Source: an uncultured Candidatus Rokubacteria bacterium (GTDB lineage: Bacteria; Methylomirabilota; Methylomirabilia; Rokubacteriales; DASRDR01). Taken from it: a stretch of 64,000 bases of DNA. Location of the stretch: the NCBI GenBank assembly GCA_963708025.1, contig CAVPSB010000018.1:288001-352000 (forward strand). The letters run 5' to 3'. Position numbers and translations under genes: made by a program. The notes beneath the pieces are model-generated. The model made no database searches, was not told where the DNA came from, and was given only the letters and a program-made list of their open reading frames with translations. Shown piece by piece: positions 1-10,368 of this stretch (positions within the stretch are counted from its first letter, which is position 1; each line of letters starts with the position of its first letter).

Positions 1-2796
1 GTCGAGGCGGTCGAGGCGGCCGCGGAAGTCGAGGCGCCGCCCGTCGGGCAGCGCGTGGGCGACGGGCGGCGCCGCCTCGCCGCCGAAGGGGAGCTCGAAC
101 TCGGTCGGCACCCAGCCGGCGACCTCCCGGGCCTCCGCCTGGATGGCGGCCGTGAGATCCGTGAGGAGGCGCGCGCGCTCGCCCGCCCAGAACGGCGCCA
201 GCCCGGTCGGCCCGACCGAGGCTTCCACCTCGTCGAACGCCTCCTCCAGGAGGGCGCGGGCGGCGGGGATCCGCTCGGGCGCGAGCGGGAGCAGGCCGTT
301 GTCCCGGAACGCCGCGTAGGCGCGGGCGAGGATGCCGTGGAGGAGCAGGCCCCGGTCGGCGGCCGCCATCGTCAGCACGCGCTCGGGCTCGACCGGCGGC
401 GCCAGGCGAAGGACGTGCGCCTGGTAGTAGCGGAACGGGCAGGCGGCGTACTGCTCGAGCGGGGTCGCCGCGACCGGCGTGGCGGCCGCGCGGTGATGCG
501 CCGCCAGCACCGGCACCAGCTCGGGGGCGAGCAGGCCGTCCCACTCGCCGACGCGGTCGCCGTGCTCGCGGGCCTCCAGCGCGACGCGGGCCCGGGCGGC
601 GCGCGGCAGGAGGGCCAGGCACGCCGCCCGCCCGGCGGCGCCGCCGTCGCGGGCGCTCGTCGCCTGGGCCAGGAGCCACTCGCGGCGGTCGAGCGGCGCC
701 GCCCGCGCGGCCGGCGGTGCCGGGACGAGCGGGATGCGGTCGTGAGGCGGGAAGACCTCGAGACCGGAGAAGTCGCACGGCCGGCCGGTGGCGGCCTCGG
801 CCACCCGCAGCAGGAAGAACGAGGGGACCCGCGCTCGCCCCGAGGGCGTGTCGACGCGCGGGTAGGTGAGGAGGAGCCGCGCCTCCGCCGCCGCCGCGGC
901 CAGCCGGAAGGCCAGCCGCTCCTCGGCCGGGCGCCGGACCGCCAGCGCGAGCCCGGGCCGGCCCCCCGGGCGCTGCGCGTGGAGGAGCGCCCGCTCCTCG
1001 TCGAGGAGGATCGGATCCGGGCGGGGCGGGACCGGGAAGCCCTGCTCGACGAGCCCGGGGATGACGACGAGCTGGAACGGGAGCCCGAGGGCCTGGTGCA
1101 GCTCGCCCACGAAGACCTTGCCGTGACGCGGCTCGGGGCCGGGCTCGGCCGGCGCGACGAGGGCCGCCTCGAGCAGCCCCGCGAACTCGTCGAGGCCGAG
1201 CGGCGTGGCGAGCGGGGCGAGGGCGTCGAAGCTCGACAGGAGACCGGCCACCTGCTCCGCTTCCGCATCGCGCCGGCAGAGCCGGAGGAAGGCGCGCAGG
1301 AGCCCGCGGGCCAGCGTGGCGGCTGGCGCCACGTCCGGTAGCCGGCCGGCCGACGCGAGGAGCCGGCCGATCACGCGACCCAGCGCCAGGATGGCGGCGA
1401 GCTCCGGCGGGCGGGGCGCCGCCCCCTCGCCGTTGGCCTCGCCGGCGTGGCCCGGGGACGCGGGGCCGCGCCGCGCGCGCCACGCGAGCCGATCGAGGCC
1501 CCGCCGCCAGTCGGCGCGCCCCGCGACGACGCCGCCCTCCCGGGAGAGCCGGTCCCACGCGGCCGGCTCCACGCCCGCGGCGTCGCGCAGGCTCGCCATC
1601 GCGAGCCACTCCACCACCGCGGTGCGGGCGAAGTCCTCCTGGCGCGCGGCGAGCAGCAGGCGGAGGCTCCGGCCGGCGCGGGTCTCGCCGAGGCTCGGGG
1701 CGACGCCCCAGGTGTAGGGGATGCCGGCCGCGCCGAAGACGTCGCGGATCGCGCTCCGGTACCCGTCGGGTCGCCGCACGAGGACACCCATCGCCTCGAA
1801 CGGGACGCCGTCGGCCGCCGCCGCCAGCAGGCGGCGCGCGATCTCGCGCACCTCGCGCTCCTCGCCCGGTGCCGCGACGATCGCCAGCCCCTCGGTTCCC
1901 GCGCCCGGCGCCGCGCTCTCCCGGAAGAGTCCGGCGGCGAGCGCGCGCGGCCCGCGACGCGAGGGGGCAGGGCTCCGCTCGATCGTGTAGCCTTCCGCCG
2001 CGAGCCAGTCCAGCAGCTCGTCCAGGGGCTCGAACGGCGGGCCCGGCTCCGCCGGCACCAGGGGGACCACCGGCAGGCGGGCCCCCAGCGCGGCGAGGAG
2101 CGCGCGCTCGGCGGCGTTCCACTCGATGAACCCGTAGACCACCAGCCCGGCCGGGCCGCCGGGCGGCGCCGTCGCGCGCACGCGCGCGGCGGCCGCCCAC
2201 AGCGTGTCGGTCGGGTGGGCGAATCCGGCCGCGGCCAGGGTCCCGTCCGTGTGGCGCACGATGCGCGCCAGCTCGCGGAGCTTGGCGGCGCTCGACGGCC
2301 GGCCCGCGACCCCGGCGGCCTGCTCCAGCTCGGCCGGGCCGACGCCGGCGGTCCGCAGCTCGGCACAGGTGGCGGCGAGCGCCGCCGGGAAGCGCCGGGC
2401 GTCCCTCACCGCCGCGAAGTAGCCGTCGGGGGGGACGGCCTCGCGGAGCGCCTGGCGGATCACCAGGACGTCGCCGGCCTGGGGCAGCGGGCGGGCCGTG
2501 GCGAGCCCCTCGAGCAGCCGCTCGGCCAGCTCGGTGAAGGTGAGCACGTGCGCGTTCACGACGCCGCCCTGCCGCGCGGCGAGCCGCGTCAGGTGGAGAC
2601 CCAGGAACCGCGACGGGACCAGGAGCCACACGGCGCCGAGCGGATCGGCGGCGCGGAAGCGGGCGAGGGCATCGAGCCACCCGGCCTCCAGGCTCGGCTG
2701 GAAGGGTCCGGCCCAGGCGCGACGGTCGGGCGGGCCGGCAGGGATCAGCGGGAGCTGGGCGGCGGCGGGTGGCGGGCGCCGGCGGCGCGTGGTCAG
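1..2796 (-). CDS. addB: AddB/RexB-like ATP-dependent helicase/nuclease subunit (PD-(D/E)XK nuclease); 3' end runs off the window
   Basis: Not in the ORF track. Manual translation of both ends gives N-terminal 'DPLGAVWLLVPSRFLGLHL...VNAHVLTFTELA' and C-terminal 'LEQYAACPFRYY...RGLLLHGIL...FELPFG...RGRLDRLD'. Start probably CTG at 2796. Frame continuity through the middle was not fully checked. Confidence 0.8.
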   Translation of the reverse strand, partial: MTTRRRRPPPAAAQLPLIPAGPPDRRAWAGPFQPSLEAGWLDALARFRAADPLGAVWLLVPSRFLGLHLTRLAARQGGVVNAHVLTFTELAERLLEGLATARPLPQAGDVLVIRQALREAVPPDGYFAAVRDARRFPAALAATCAELRTAGVGPAELEQAAGVAGRPSSAAKLRELARIVRHTDGTLAAAGFAHPTDTLWAAAARVRATAPPGGPAGLVVYGFIEWNAAERALLAALGARLPVVPLVPAEPGPPFEPLDELLDWLAAEGYTIERSPAPSRRGPRALAAGLFRESAAPGAGTEGLAIVAAPGEEREVREIARRLLAAAADGVPFEAMGVLVRRPDGYRSAIRDVFGAAGIPYTWGVAPSLGETRAGRSLRLLLAARQEDFARTAVVEWLAMASLRDAAGVEPAAWDRLSREGGVVAGRADWRRGLDRLAWRARRGPASPGHAGEANGEGAAPRPPELAAILALGRVIGRLLASAGRLPDVAPAATLARGLLRAFLRLCRRDAEAEQVAGLLSSFDALAPLATPLGLDEFAGLLEAALVAPAEPGPEPRHGKVFVGELHQALGLPFQLVVIPGLVEQGFPVPPRPDPILLDEERALLHAQRPGGRPGLALAVRRPAEERLAFRLAAAAAEARLLLTYPRVDTPSGRARVPSFFLLRVAEAATGRPCDFSGLEVFPPHDRIPLVPAPPAARAAPLDRREWLLAQATSARDGGAAGRAACLALLPRAARARVALEAREHGDRVGEWDGLLAPELVPVLAAHHRAAATPVAATPLEQYAACPFRYYQAHVLRLAPPVEPERVLTMAAADRGLLLHGILARAYAAFRDNGLLPLAPERIPAARALLEEAFDEVEASVGPTGLAPFWAGERARLLTDLTAAIQAEAREVAGWVPTEFELPFGGEAAPPVAHALPDGRRLDFRGRLDRLD

Positions 2797-3020
2797 GACG
2801 CTCCCTGCGCGGCCCGGATCAGGGCGGGGAGCTCCTTCAGCCACTCGGCGAGCGGCGCCTCGGCGTCCACCACGATCTCCAGCTTGCCGCTCGGCAGTCG
2901 CCGGACCCGGCCGGGGCGGCCCGGTCCCAGCGGGATCACCAGCGCCTCCCGCGAGATGCCGAGCGCATCGGTGACATCGAAGATCTGCTGGATCTCTTTG
3001 AGAGTGACAGCCTGCATCAC
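2793..3020 (-). CDS. Small hypothetical protein (75 aa)
   Basis: Protein-like composition (AVTLKEIQQIFDVTDALGISREALVIPL). Preceded by GGGAG and overlaps the start of the AddB-like gene. Confidence 0.7.
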   Translation of the reverse strand: MMQAVTLKEIQQIFDVTDALGISREALVIPLGPGRPGRVRRLPSGKLEIVVDAEAPLAEWLKELPALIRAAQGAS

Positions 3021-3131
3021 ACGCTCCCGCTCATGTAAGCACCTCGCCCGCGGGCGGTCAACGGTCGCGCGCTCGGCACGGGGCGCCCGGCCAGAGGCGG
3101 ATGGGCCGACGCCCCCCGGACTGCCTCCGTG

Positions 3132-4696
3132 CTACACGGGCTGGTACGGTGGCAGCTCGCTGACGTGCCGGGCGCACATCTGGCAGCTCGAGATCCCGCG
3201 CGCGGCGGCGGCCGGATCCAGCACCGTCTGGGCCCAGGTCCGGAACCGGCGGTAGTTCTCGAACACCGTGGGCCCGTCCGTGGCGAGGTCGCCCAGCCGG
3301 TAGTGGGGGCCCCCGTTCTCGATGGCGAACGGGCAGGCGTGGAACTCGCCGGTGGAGCGCAGCACGGGGAAGCACAGCAAGCAGCCGTTGTTCCCGTGGT
3401 AGTTGGTCTCCCGGTCGCGGTCGAAGGCCGCCTCGGCGCCGGCCCCGATGTGGTAGAGCACCTTGTAGCCCGAGAAGAGCCGCATCGGGTGGGTCCGGGC
3501 CCACTCCTCGAGCAGCGCCTTCGCGCGCCGGCGGGAGGGGCTCGGCGTCCCGCCCCATGTAGATCGAGTAGTTGAGCACCGCCTCGCTCCGAGGGTCGCT
3601 GTCGAGCACGCGGAGCAGCTCCTTGGCCCGCACGCCGTTGGAGTAGATCGTGAACGGCCCGGTGAAGCCGCGCTCGCGCAGGTACTTCATCGCGCCGATG
3701 AGCCCATCCGTGTGCAGCGTCGGCTCGCCGCCGTAGAACTTGATGTTGCCGTCCGGCGCGATGTGGGTCAGCGCGGCGTCGAGCACGCCGGTCGTGTAGT
3801 CGACGTGCCACCCCTTCGGCGAGCCGAACACGGTGCACCAGGAGCAGTCGCGGTTGCAGAAGTTGCCGTCGTAGAGGTACAGCTCGCGGAGGCCACCGTC
3901 CCCTTCGAGGAAGGTCTCCACGCTCTCGTGGAACGTGATCGGCCGGAGCTTCGGGTCCCGGTTCGAGTCGTTGAGCCCCCAGTCGTAGGTGTTGTACACG
4001 ACCTGCGTAGTCCGCGATCGTCTCCAGCGGGAGGCCGGTGTGCTGGGCGACGAAGCGGAGCACCCCCCGGCGGTATTCCGCAGTGGAGTCGGCGCCCTCG
4101 GCGAAGTCCTCGGCGTACATCCGGAAGATCCGCGACACGTAGATCTTGCGCTCCGGGTGGTCGACCCGGCAGTTCCACTCGCTGGCCAGGAACTGCCGGG
4201 TCGCGGCGCCGAGGGTTTCCCGGATGCCGTCCGGCGCGTAGGCCTGGGGGCGCATCGGCGGGCAGCCGTTGGAGGCGCAGTTGATCACGAAGTGGATCCG
4301 CGGCTCCCGGAAGCGGTCCCGGAGGATCCGATGCTCGATCTCGTTCAGGCTGACCCCGACGCCTCCGGCGACGTGGCGAGCCCGCTCGAAGAACTGGCCG
4401 TCCCGGGTCTTCCACACCGAGCGGATCGGGTACTCCTCGATCACGGCGGCGAGCACGAAGGCGTTGTACGCGTTGACCCAGTACGCCAGCGCGTGCTCGG
4501 TCGTCGGGAACGGCTCCGGCGTACTGTCGGGGCTGGCGGCCGCCAGGGTCCCGACGAACCGGTCGAGGAGCTCGCGACGCTCGGCGAGGATCGTGTAGTT
4601 GACCTTGCCGTCCGGCGTCACGATGGCCGCCAGGAGCTCGGTCCAGGGCGCGTAGTCGAAGAGCGCGGTCGTGGCGGCCACGGTGTCTCCGCTCAT
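3132..4696 (-). CDS. DUF547 domain fused to a radical SAM domain with a C-terminal SPASM/twitch-like Cys cluster (apparent frameshifts at ~4005 and ~3525)
   Basis: DUF547 motifs YWVNAYNA, EPRIHFVINCASNGCP and YDWGLND. These are followed by CNRDCSWC (CxxxCxxC) and FYGGEPTLH, then GCLLC...HACP...SCQMC. Confidence 0.75.
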
Positions 4697-4718
4697 GCGT
4701 CTCCCCTCCAGTCGGACG

Positions 4719-5295
4719 TCATGTTAGCACCCCATCGGCTCGGAGCCGGGCGATCGCCTCCGGCGAATAGCCCAGCTCGGCGAGGATCTCGTCGGTGTGC
4801 TGGCCGAGACCCGGCGCGGGCGTGTGGCGCGTCGTCGGCGCGCCGGGCAGGCGCCACGGCGGCCCGGCCTGGCGCTGCTCGCCGAGGCCCGGGTGGTCGA
4901 TCGCCACGATGAAGTCACGCGCGGCCAGGTGGGGATCGCGCGTCAGCTCGAGGGCCGTCCGCACCGGATAGGCCTCGACGCCCAGCGCCTGAAGGCGCCG
5001 CGCGATCTCGTCGCCCGCCTGTCCGGCCGTCCAGCCGGCGAGGGCGGCGTCGATCTCGGCGCGCCGGGCCTGGCGGGCCGCCGTGTCCATCGGCCCCAGC
5101 CCGATCAGCGGGGCGAGCCGGGCCCACGCCGCGTCGTCGCGCACGGCGATCGCCACCCACCGATCCGCTCCCGCGCACGGGTAGACGCCATGCGGCACGA
5201 ACCACGGATGGCCGTTCCCCAGGCGGCCGGATGGCTGCTTGGTCAGCGTCCACCGGGCGACCGCGATTCCGGTCAGCGCGGCTGCCGCCTGCTGC
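4719..5295 (-). pseudogene. C-terminal remnant of a CaiB/BaiF family III CoA-transferase
   Basis: 'GRLGNGHPWFVPHGVYPC..DRWVAIAV...DPHLAAR...APGLGQHTDEIL' is typical of the CaiB C-terminal part. An in-frame stop lies near 5295 and the N-terminal half is absent. Confidence 0.7.
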
Positions 5296-5353
5296 TGAGG
5301 CAGCTACGGTGTTGAAGATGACGGCACGGCGGTCGCTGGCCGCGTCGTGGACA

Positions 5354-7114
5354 TCAGCCTTCCGCGGCACGCTCCGAACACGTGGACGCCGCGAGCGTGA
5401 TCGTTCCCGGGGGCCCGGTCCACGCGATCGCGTGTCGTCCGGCCTCCAGCTCGACCACCCCCGGCCGGGCCGGCGTCTCGTCGATCGTCACCCGGAGGCC
5501 ATCGGTGAGCGTGAGCCGGTAGGACGCCGTCGCCACGAGCTCGACGCTCACCCGGCCACCCGAAGGCGCCCCCGGGACGGGAATCGTGGCGCCCGGCACC
5601 ATGATGCCGTCGGGATGCGGGACGTAGTGACGGTTGACGAACGCGGCGACCTTGAGAATGGCCTGGAGCCGCCGGTCGGGGTACGCCACCCGCGGGCGCG
5701 CCCGGCGGATCTCCTCGACCAGCCGCTCCTCGGCGATGACACCGGTCGCGATCCACTCCCGGATCCCGAGAATGAAGACCCGGTGCCGGTACGCGGACGG
5801 ACGAAAGACATAGAGGGCCGTCCCGTCCAGGACCGGCTCCCCGGGGCAGGCGTGGCGGAGCAGCGCTCGCATGGTCAGGAGCTGGCCCCCGTTGTCGCCG
5901 GTCAGAGCGAGCTTCGCGCTGTAGGCGGCCGGCCCGACCAGCCCGACGACGAGCGCCGCCCCGGCAACCACGCGGAGCCGCGTGGTCCCGGCCGCCGCCC
6001 GATCGAGGAGCGTGGCGAGTGCGAGACCGGCGTACGTCGCTGCCGGCGCGAGCACCGGGAGCCAGGCGTACACGCCGACGCCCGGGGTCGTGGGTAACAG
6101 GAGGAAGAGGCTGACCACACCCATGGGGACGAGAAGTGGGGCGTTCAGGGGGCGCGCCCGGACGCGGCCCTCACCCCGGACCGCCAGGACGATCCCCGCC
6201 GTCGCGAGCACGAGCAGGCCCAGCGACGCGCCGCTCAGCGGCAGCTCCTTCCGGAAGTTGACGAACCGCAGGTTCCCGACCACGACCTCGGCGCCGAGCG
6301 CTCCGAGCGCCGGCCATCCGCCATCGAGCCACACTGCGCCAACGACGGCCCCCGGCAGGACGGCGGACCCCGCCACCAGGCGGGCCAGGTTGGCTGCCGC
6401 CCGGCGGATCGCGCCGGCACCGTGCCCGCGGCTTCCCAGGGCCACCACGGCCGCGACGCCGACCGCGCCGTAGGCGGTCTTGAGATTGAGCGCGAGCGCC
6501 CCGCCCAGGGTCAGGCCGGCGATCCACAGCCACGCCGGCGCCGGGCCCTCCCGCCAGCGAACCAGAGCGAGGAGCGTCCCGAGCCACGCCACCAGGGCGG
6601 GGACATCGGGGCGAACCTCGGTGGTCTGGTTGACGAACCGGGGCAGGAAGGCGAGCAGGAGGACGGCGGTGACCGCGACCGCCGGGGACAGCCGGCGCGC
6701 CAGCCGGTAGACGACCACGAGAGCGAGCCCGCTGGTCACCGCCATCACGGCGCGGGCGGCGAAGTAGACGTTCGGCGAGTCCACGAGCCAGCGGGTCAGC
6801 GGCGCGAGGAGGTAGAAGAACAGGGGGGCGTGATGATCCCAGAAGTCGAGATACGGGACGCGTCCGTCCGCGACCAGCCACGCCGCATGGAGATGCTCGC
6901 TCTCGTCCGGATCCAGGGGGGCGTTCAGCACGACGCCGACCCGGATCACGACCGCGAGGCCGAGGAGCGCGGCGAGCAGCGCTGGCGAGAAGCCGAGCCC
7001 GGCCCTGGCGGCCGCTTCGACCGGAGCCGCCTGGCGGGCGGTCCCCGGACCCCGGTGCTCGGTGGGCGGCGGGAGGAGGCTCACCGGATGCGATCCATCG
7101 AACGAGCAGAGCAC
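5354..7114 (-). CDS. GT-C fold (ArnT/PMT-like) membrane glycosyltransferase
   Basis: First-loop 'LDPDESEHLHAAW...PYLDFWDHHAP', 'EVRPD' and many TM segments. True start uncertain. Confidence 0.75.
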   Translation of the reverse strand: MLCSFDGSHPVSLLPPPTEHRGPGTARQAAPVEAAARAGLGFSPALLAALLGLAVVIRVGVVLNAPLDPDESEHLHAAWLVADGRVPYLDFWDHHAPLFFYLLAPLTRWLVDSPNVYFAARAVMAVTSGLALVVVYRLARRLSPAVAVTAVLLLAFLPRFVNQTTEVRPDVPALVAWLGTLLALVRWREGPAPAWLWIAGLTLGGALALNLKTAYGAVGVAAVVALGSRGHGAGAIRRAAANLARLVAGSAVLPGAVVGAVWLDGGWPALGALGAEVVVGNLRFVNFRKELPLSGASLGLLVLATAGIVLAVRGEGRVRARPLNAPLLVPMGVVSLFLLLPTTPGVGVYAWLPVLAPAATYAGLALATLLDRAAAGTTRLRVVAGAALVVGLVGPAAYSAKLALTGDNGGQLLTMRALLRHACPGEPVLDGTALYVFRPSAYRHRVFILGIREWIATGVIAEERLVEEIRRARPRVAYPDRRLQAILKVAAFVNRHYVPHPDGIMVPGATIPVPGAPSGGRVSVELVATASYRLTLTDGLRVTIDETPARPGVVELEAGRHAIAWTGPPGTITLAASTCSERAAEG

Positions 7115-7211
7115 CGGGACGCTCGCGGCGTCAAGGCCGGAGGGGGAAGGGCCGAGGTCTCGACCCGGCGCGTGCCGGATCCACGTCCGCGGGTGCCGGA
7201 GGGCTCGGCGT

Positions 7212-7411
7212 TACCCCCAATCCGAAGAAATGCGACGATCCCGAACCCCTCTTACCCTCTCCCCTAGAGGGGGAGAGGGCAGGGTGAGGGGGAAACACAT
7301 CGGCCCCACCCTCACCCCAACCCTCTCTCCCTCCCGAGGGAGGGGGATGGAGCGGATAGGAAGCCACGATCGTCACGTCTGCGTGGCATCGGGAATTTCG
7401 GATTGGGGTTA
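7212..7411. mobile_element. MITE/REPIN-like element with TA-flanked terminal inverted repeats and internal REP-like palindromes
   Basis: Left end TA-C-CCCCAATCCGAA (7212-7226). Right end TTCGGATTGGGG-T-TA (7397-7411). Internal CCCTCTCCCC-TAGA-GGGGGAGAGGG hairpin and a CCCTCACCCCAACCCTCTC..GAGGG unit. Confidence 0.55.
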
Positions 7412-7439
7412 GTTTAGCGGCGGACGAGCGGGTTCGCGG

Positions 7440-8363
7440 TCATGACGACACCTCCTGCGCTCCTGCCGCCGCCCGATAGAGGTCCGCGCACTGCCGGCAG
7501 ATGCCGTCGGCGGGCCGCCACCTCGGAAAGCGGCGCTGGATCCGCTCCTGCGCCGCCCCGGGAAACCGCGCGGGCTCCGGCTCGAAGGCGTGCGTCGGCA
7601 GCCCGCAGAGCGGGCAGGGCTCGCCGGGCCAGGGGCCGCCACGGCCCAGCCCCAGGGCCTGGGCGGGCGCGGCGGCGAACCAGATCAGGTCGGCGTGGGT
7701 GAGGGCCGTCGCGCCGAAGAAGCGCTCGAAGGCCTCTTCGGTCCGCTCCCCCAGCATCGGGAACGTCGCCGCGAACTCCCGGAGGCGCTCGGCCCGGATG
7801 CCGGCCGGCGCCCAGCCCAGGCGCTCGAGCCGCCCGTCGATGCGCGCGTCCCACAGCACCCGGTACCGCTCGCGCAGCAGGGGATCGGGAAGCGCGCCCG
7901 CTTGGGGCCCGGCGCCCGGCGTGTAGCCGAAGCGGGGGTCGAGCATGTCGGCCAGGTGGCCCAGCTCGTGGCGGAGGAATGCGCGGAAGCGCTCGGGCTG
8001 CGTGAAGGTCTCGGGCCGGACCCGGAGGACGATGGTCCGTCGGGGGGCCGCGCTCGGCCCCGTCGCCTCAGCCACGAACAGCTCCATGCCCTCGTCCCGC
8101 CCCGACGGCGACAGCGCCACCAGGCAGCGACTCCCGCTCGCCGGGAGCGACGGCTGCTCGCGCACGGCCTCCATGATGGCCGCGTCCAGCCCGAGCCGCT
8201 CGAACCAGGTGGCGTGGAAGGCGCGGAACCGCGTCTCCCGCTCCTCGGCGTCCGAGATCGGGTAGAGGGCGTCGCGGCCGGCGTGGAAGCCCGGCTCCTC
8301 GGGCCGCTCCCGGACTGCCGCCAGCACCGCCGCCTCGACGAGCCGGGGCTCGTACTCGATCAT
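7440..8363 (-). CDS. Hypothetical protein at the end of the nxr operon; HExxH motif plus C-terminal CxxC...CxxC
   Basis: MIEYEPRLVEAAV...LRHELGHLADMLDPRFGY...CPLCGLP...GICRQCADLY. Confidence 0.75.
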   Translation of the reverse strand: MIEYEPRLVEAAVLAAVRERPEEPGFHAGRDALYPISDAEERETRFRAFHATWFERLGLDAAIMEAVREQPSLPASGSRCLVALSPSGRDEGMELFVAEATGPSAAPRRTIVLRVRPETFTQPERFRAFLRHELGHLADMLDPRFGYTPGAGPQAGALPDPLLRERYRVLWDARIDGRLERLGWAPAGIRAERLREFAATFPMLGERTEEAFERFFGATALTHADLIWFAAAPAQALGLGRGGPWPGEPCPLCGLPTHAFEPEPARFPGAAQERIQRRFPRWRPADGICRQCADLYRAAAGAQEVSS

Positions 8364-8386
8364 CAACTCGCGCGCGCGCTCGGCCC

Positions 8387-9103
8387 TCACGCGCTCTCGC
8401 ACGCCGCCGGCACGGCGGGGCACGCCGTCGAGCGCAGGTGGAGAAACTCGGGTCCTGCCGGGACGCCCACCCGGGCGCAGTCGCGGCCGACGAACTCGGC
8501 GCAGAGCGTGCCCAGGCCGCCGAAGAACCCGCCGGCGTCGCGTCGGGCGAGGGCGCGCCCGAAGGCAGGGGCCCACTGGCCCAGATGGTCCCGGAGGAAC
8601 CTCCGCGCGGCCTGCTCGGTGGAGGCGAGCATCGCCGGGTCGCCGTGGTCCCGCGCGTAGGCCTCCTTCCGCGCCAGGAACGCCAGGAACTCGCACTCAC
8701 AGCTCACGTGGTCCGGGCGCTCGCGGGCGTCGGGGCGGAGCCGGAGGCCGAAGGCGCGGTAGAAGGCGACGAGGTCGCTCATCTCGTGCACCGGCTGGAA
8801 CAGCGAGTCCGTCCCGTACTCGGTCTCGTACGGCGGGACGGCGCCCCGGGCGGTGTGGCCGAACAGGCACTGGTGGCTCGCGGCCAGGGCGCCGAGCGCG
8901 ACCGGCCGCGCCAGCTCGCGGACGAGAGCGGCCAGCGCCGGGTCCCTGCCGTCGTCGAGGGCGAGGGCGGCGTCGGCGAGCGCCGCCGCGCCGCCGGGCG
9001 AGGCCAGCCGGTCGAGGGTCTCGGCGTCCGGCGGCTGGAAGCCGAGGGCCAGCGCCTCGTAGAGGGCGCTCCGGCAGAGGATCCGGTCAGATCGAGTTGG
9101 CAT
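8387..9103 (-). CDS. TorD/DmsD-family molybdoenzyme maturation chaperone
   Basis: 'VPPYETEYG...LVAFYRAFGL...ERPDHVSCECEFLAFL...FLRDHLGQW'. Its start overlaps the end of nxrB. Confidence 0.9.
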   Translation of the reverse strand: MPTRSDRILCRSALYEALALGFQPPDAETLDRLASPGGAAALADAALALDDGRDPALAALVRELARPVALGALAASHQCLFGHTARGAVPPYETEYGTDSLFQPVHEMSDLVAFYRAFGLRLRPDARERPDHVSCECEFLAFLARKEAYARDHGDPAMLASTEQAARRFLRDHLGQWAPAFGRALARRDAGGFFGGLGTLCAEFVGRDCARVGVPAGPEFLHLRSTACPAVPAACESA

Positions 9104-10364
9104 GCCGGGCCGGCCGCGTGAACAGCGGCTCCTCCACCGAGGTCCGGAACAGCTCCTCGCCGTCCTTGCCGTAGGCGACGACCGTGTCGTTGTAGAGCGT
9201 GACGCGGCGCCCGCGCAGCGTCCCCTCGTAGACCTTCGGGCCCTCGATGACCTGGTAGCCGTAGATGATGTGATTGGATCGGCGGAAGAGCTGGAGCACG
9301 GCCAGCAGCTCCGCGATCGGGGTTCTCGTAGCGCTCGATCGCCTGATCGACGCCCGGCCCGAACATCTGACGGAGGTACGGCCGCGGCACCCAGCGCGGC
9401 GGGATGTAGTAGCCGTTCGGCTGCGGTGCCGAACTGCGGGTAGAGCGGCAGCGCGACCTTCGCCACGTGGACCAGGTAGTAGAGCGGGTGCTGGCGGTCC
9501 TCGGCCCAGGTCCCGTCCGGGGTCGATCTTCACGAGCCCCTGCAGCCGGATCTGGCCGATGCAGGCGGCCATGCAGCGCGTCTCCATCGGCACGCCCGCC
9601 GGTCTCCGGGTCCTTGCCTTCGACGCGCGGGTAGCAGCCGATGCACTTCTCGCGAGACCCGCGTGTTGCCGCCGGTACATCGACTTCTTGTACGGGCAGG
9701 CCTCGACGCACTTGCGGTAGCCGCGGCATCGCTACTGGTCGATGAGGACGATGCCGTCCTCGGGCCGCTTGTAGATGGCGTTGCGCGGGCAGGCGGCCAG
9801 GCAGGCCGGGTAGCGTGCAGTGGTTGCAGATGCGCGGCCAGGTAGAAGAACCAGGTCTTGTGCTCCGGCAGCTCCACGCCCGTCCGTGTCGCACTCGATG
9901 CGCTTGCCGCGCTCGCCGACCGGGTTGTCCTCGTAGATGTTGGGCGCTGTTCCACTCCTCGTCGGTGGGCAGGTAGCCGAGGACCCGCGCGCTGTCGGGC
10001 GTGAGCATGCGCTGCGGCCTCGAAGATCGTCTTGCCCTCGAAGCGGCCGTAGGGCGCCTGCGCGTCGTCCGCTGGCGCGCCGTCCCAGCCCTGGCCGTCC
10101 GGGTTCGCCTGGTCCAGCAGCTCGAGGATCTTCACGTCCCAGAACTGCGGGTAGCCGCCGTAGGGCTTCGTCTCGACGTTGTTCCACCACATGTGCTCCT
10201 GGCCCTTGCTGAAGGTCCAGGTCGACTTGCACGCCATCGTGCAGGTCTGGCAGGCGATGCAGCGGTTGATGTTGAAGACGAAGGCGAACTGCCGCTCCGG
10301 GATACGCCGCCTCGTAGGGGTAGTCCATCTCGCGGCCGAGTTGCCAGTTGTGGACCGTGGGCAT
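9087..10364 (-). CDS. nxrB: Nitrite oxidoreductase beta (Fe-S) subunit, periplasmic type; several indels
   Basis: Read across frames: [17 protein letters not shown]...[95 protein letters not shown]. Confidence 0.9.
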
Positions 10365-10368
10365 GGCG

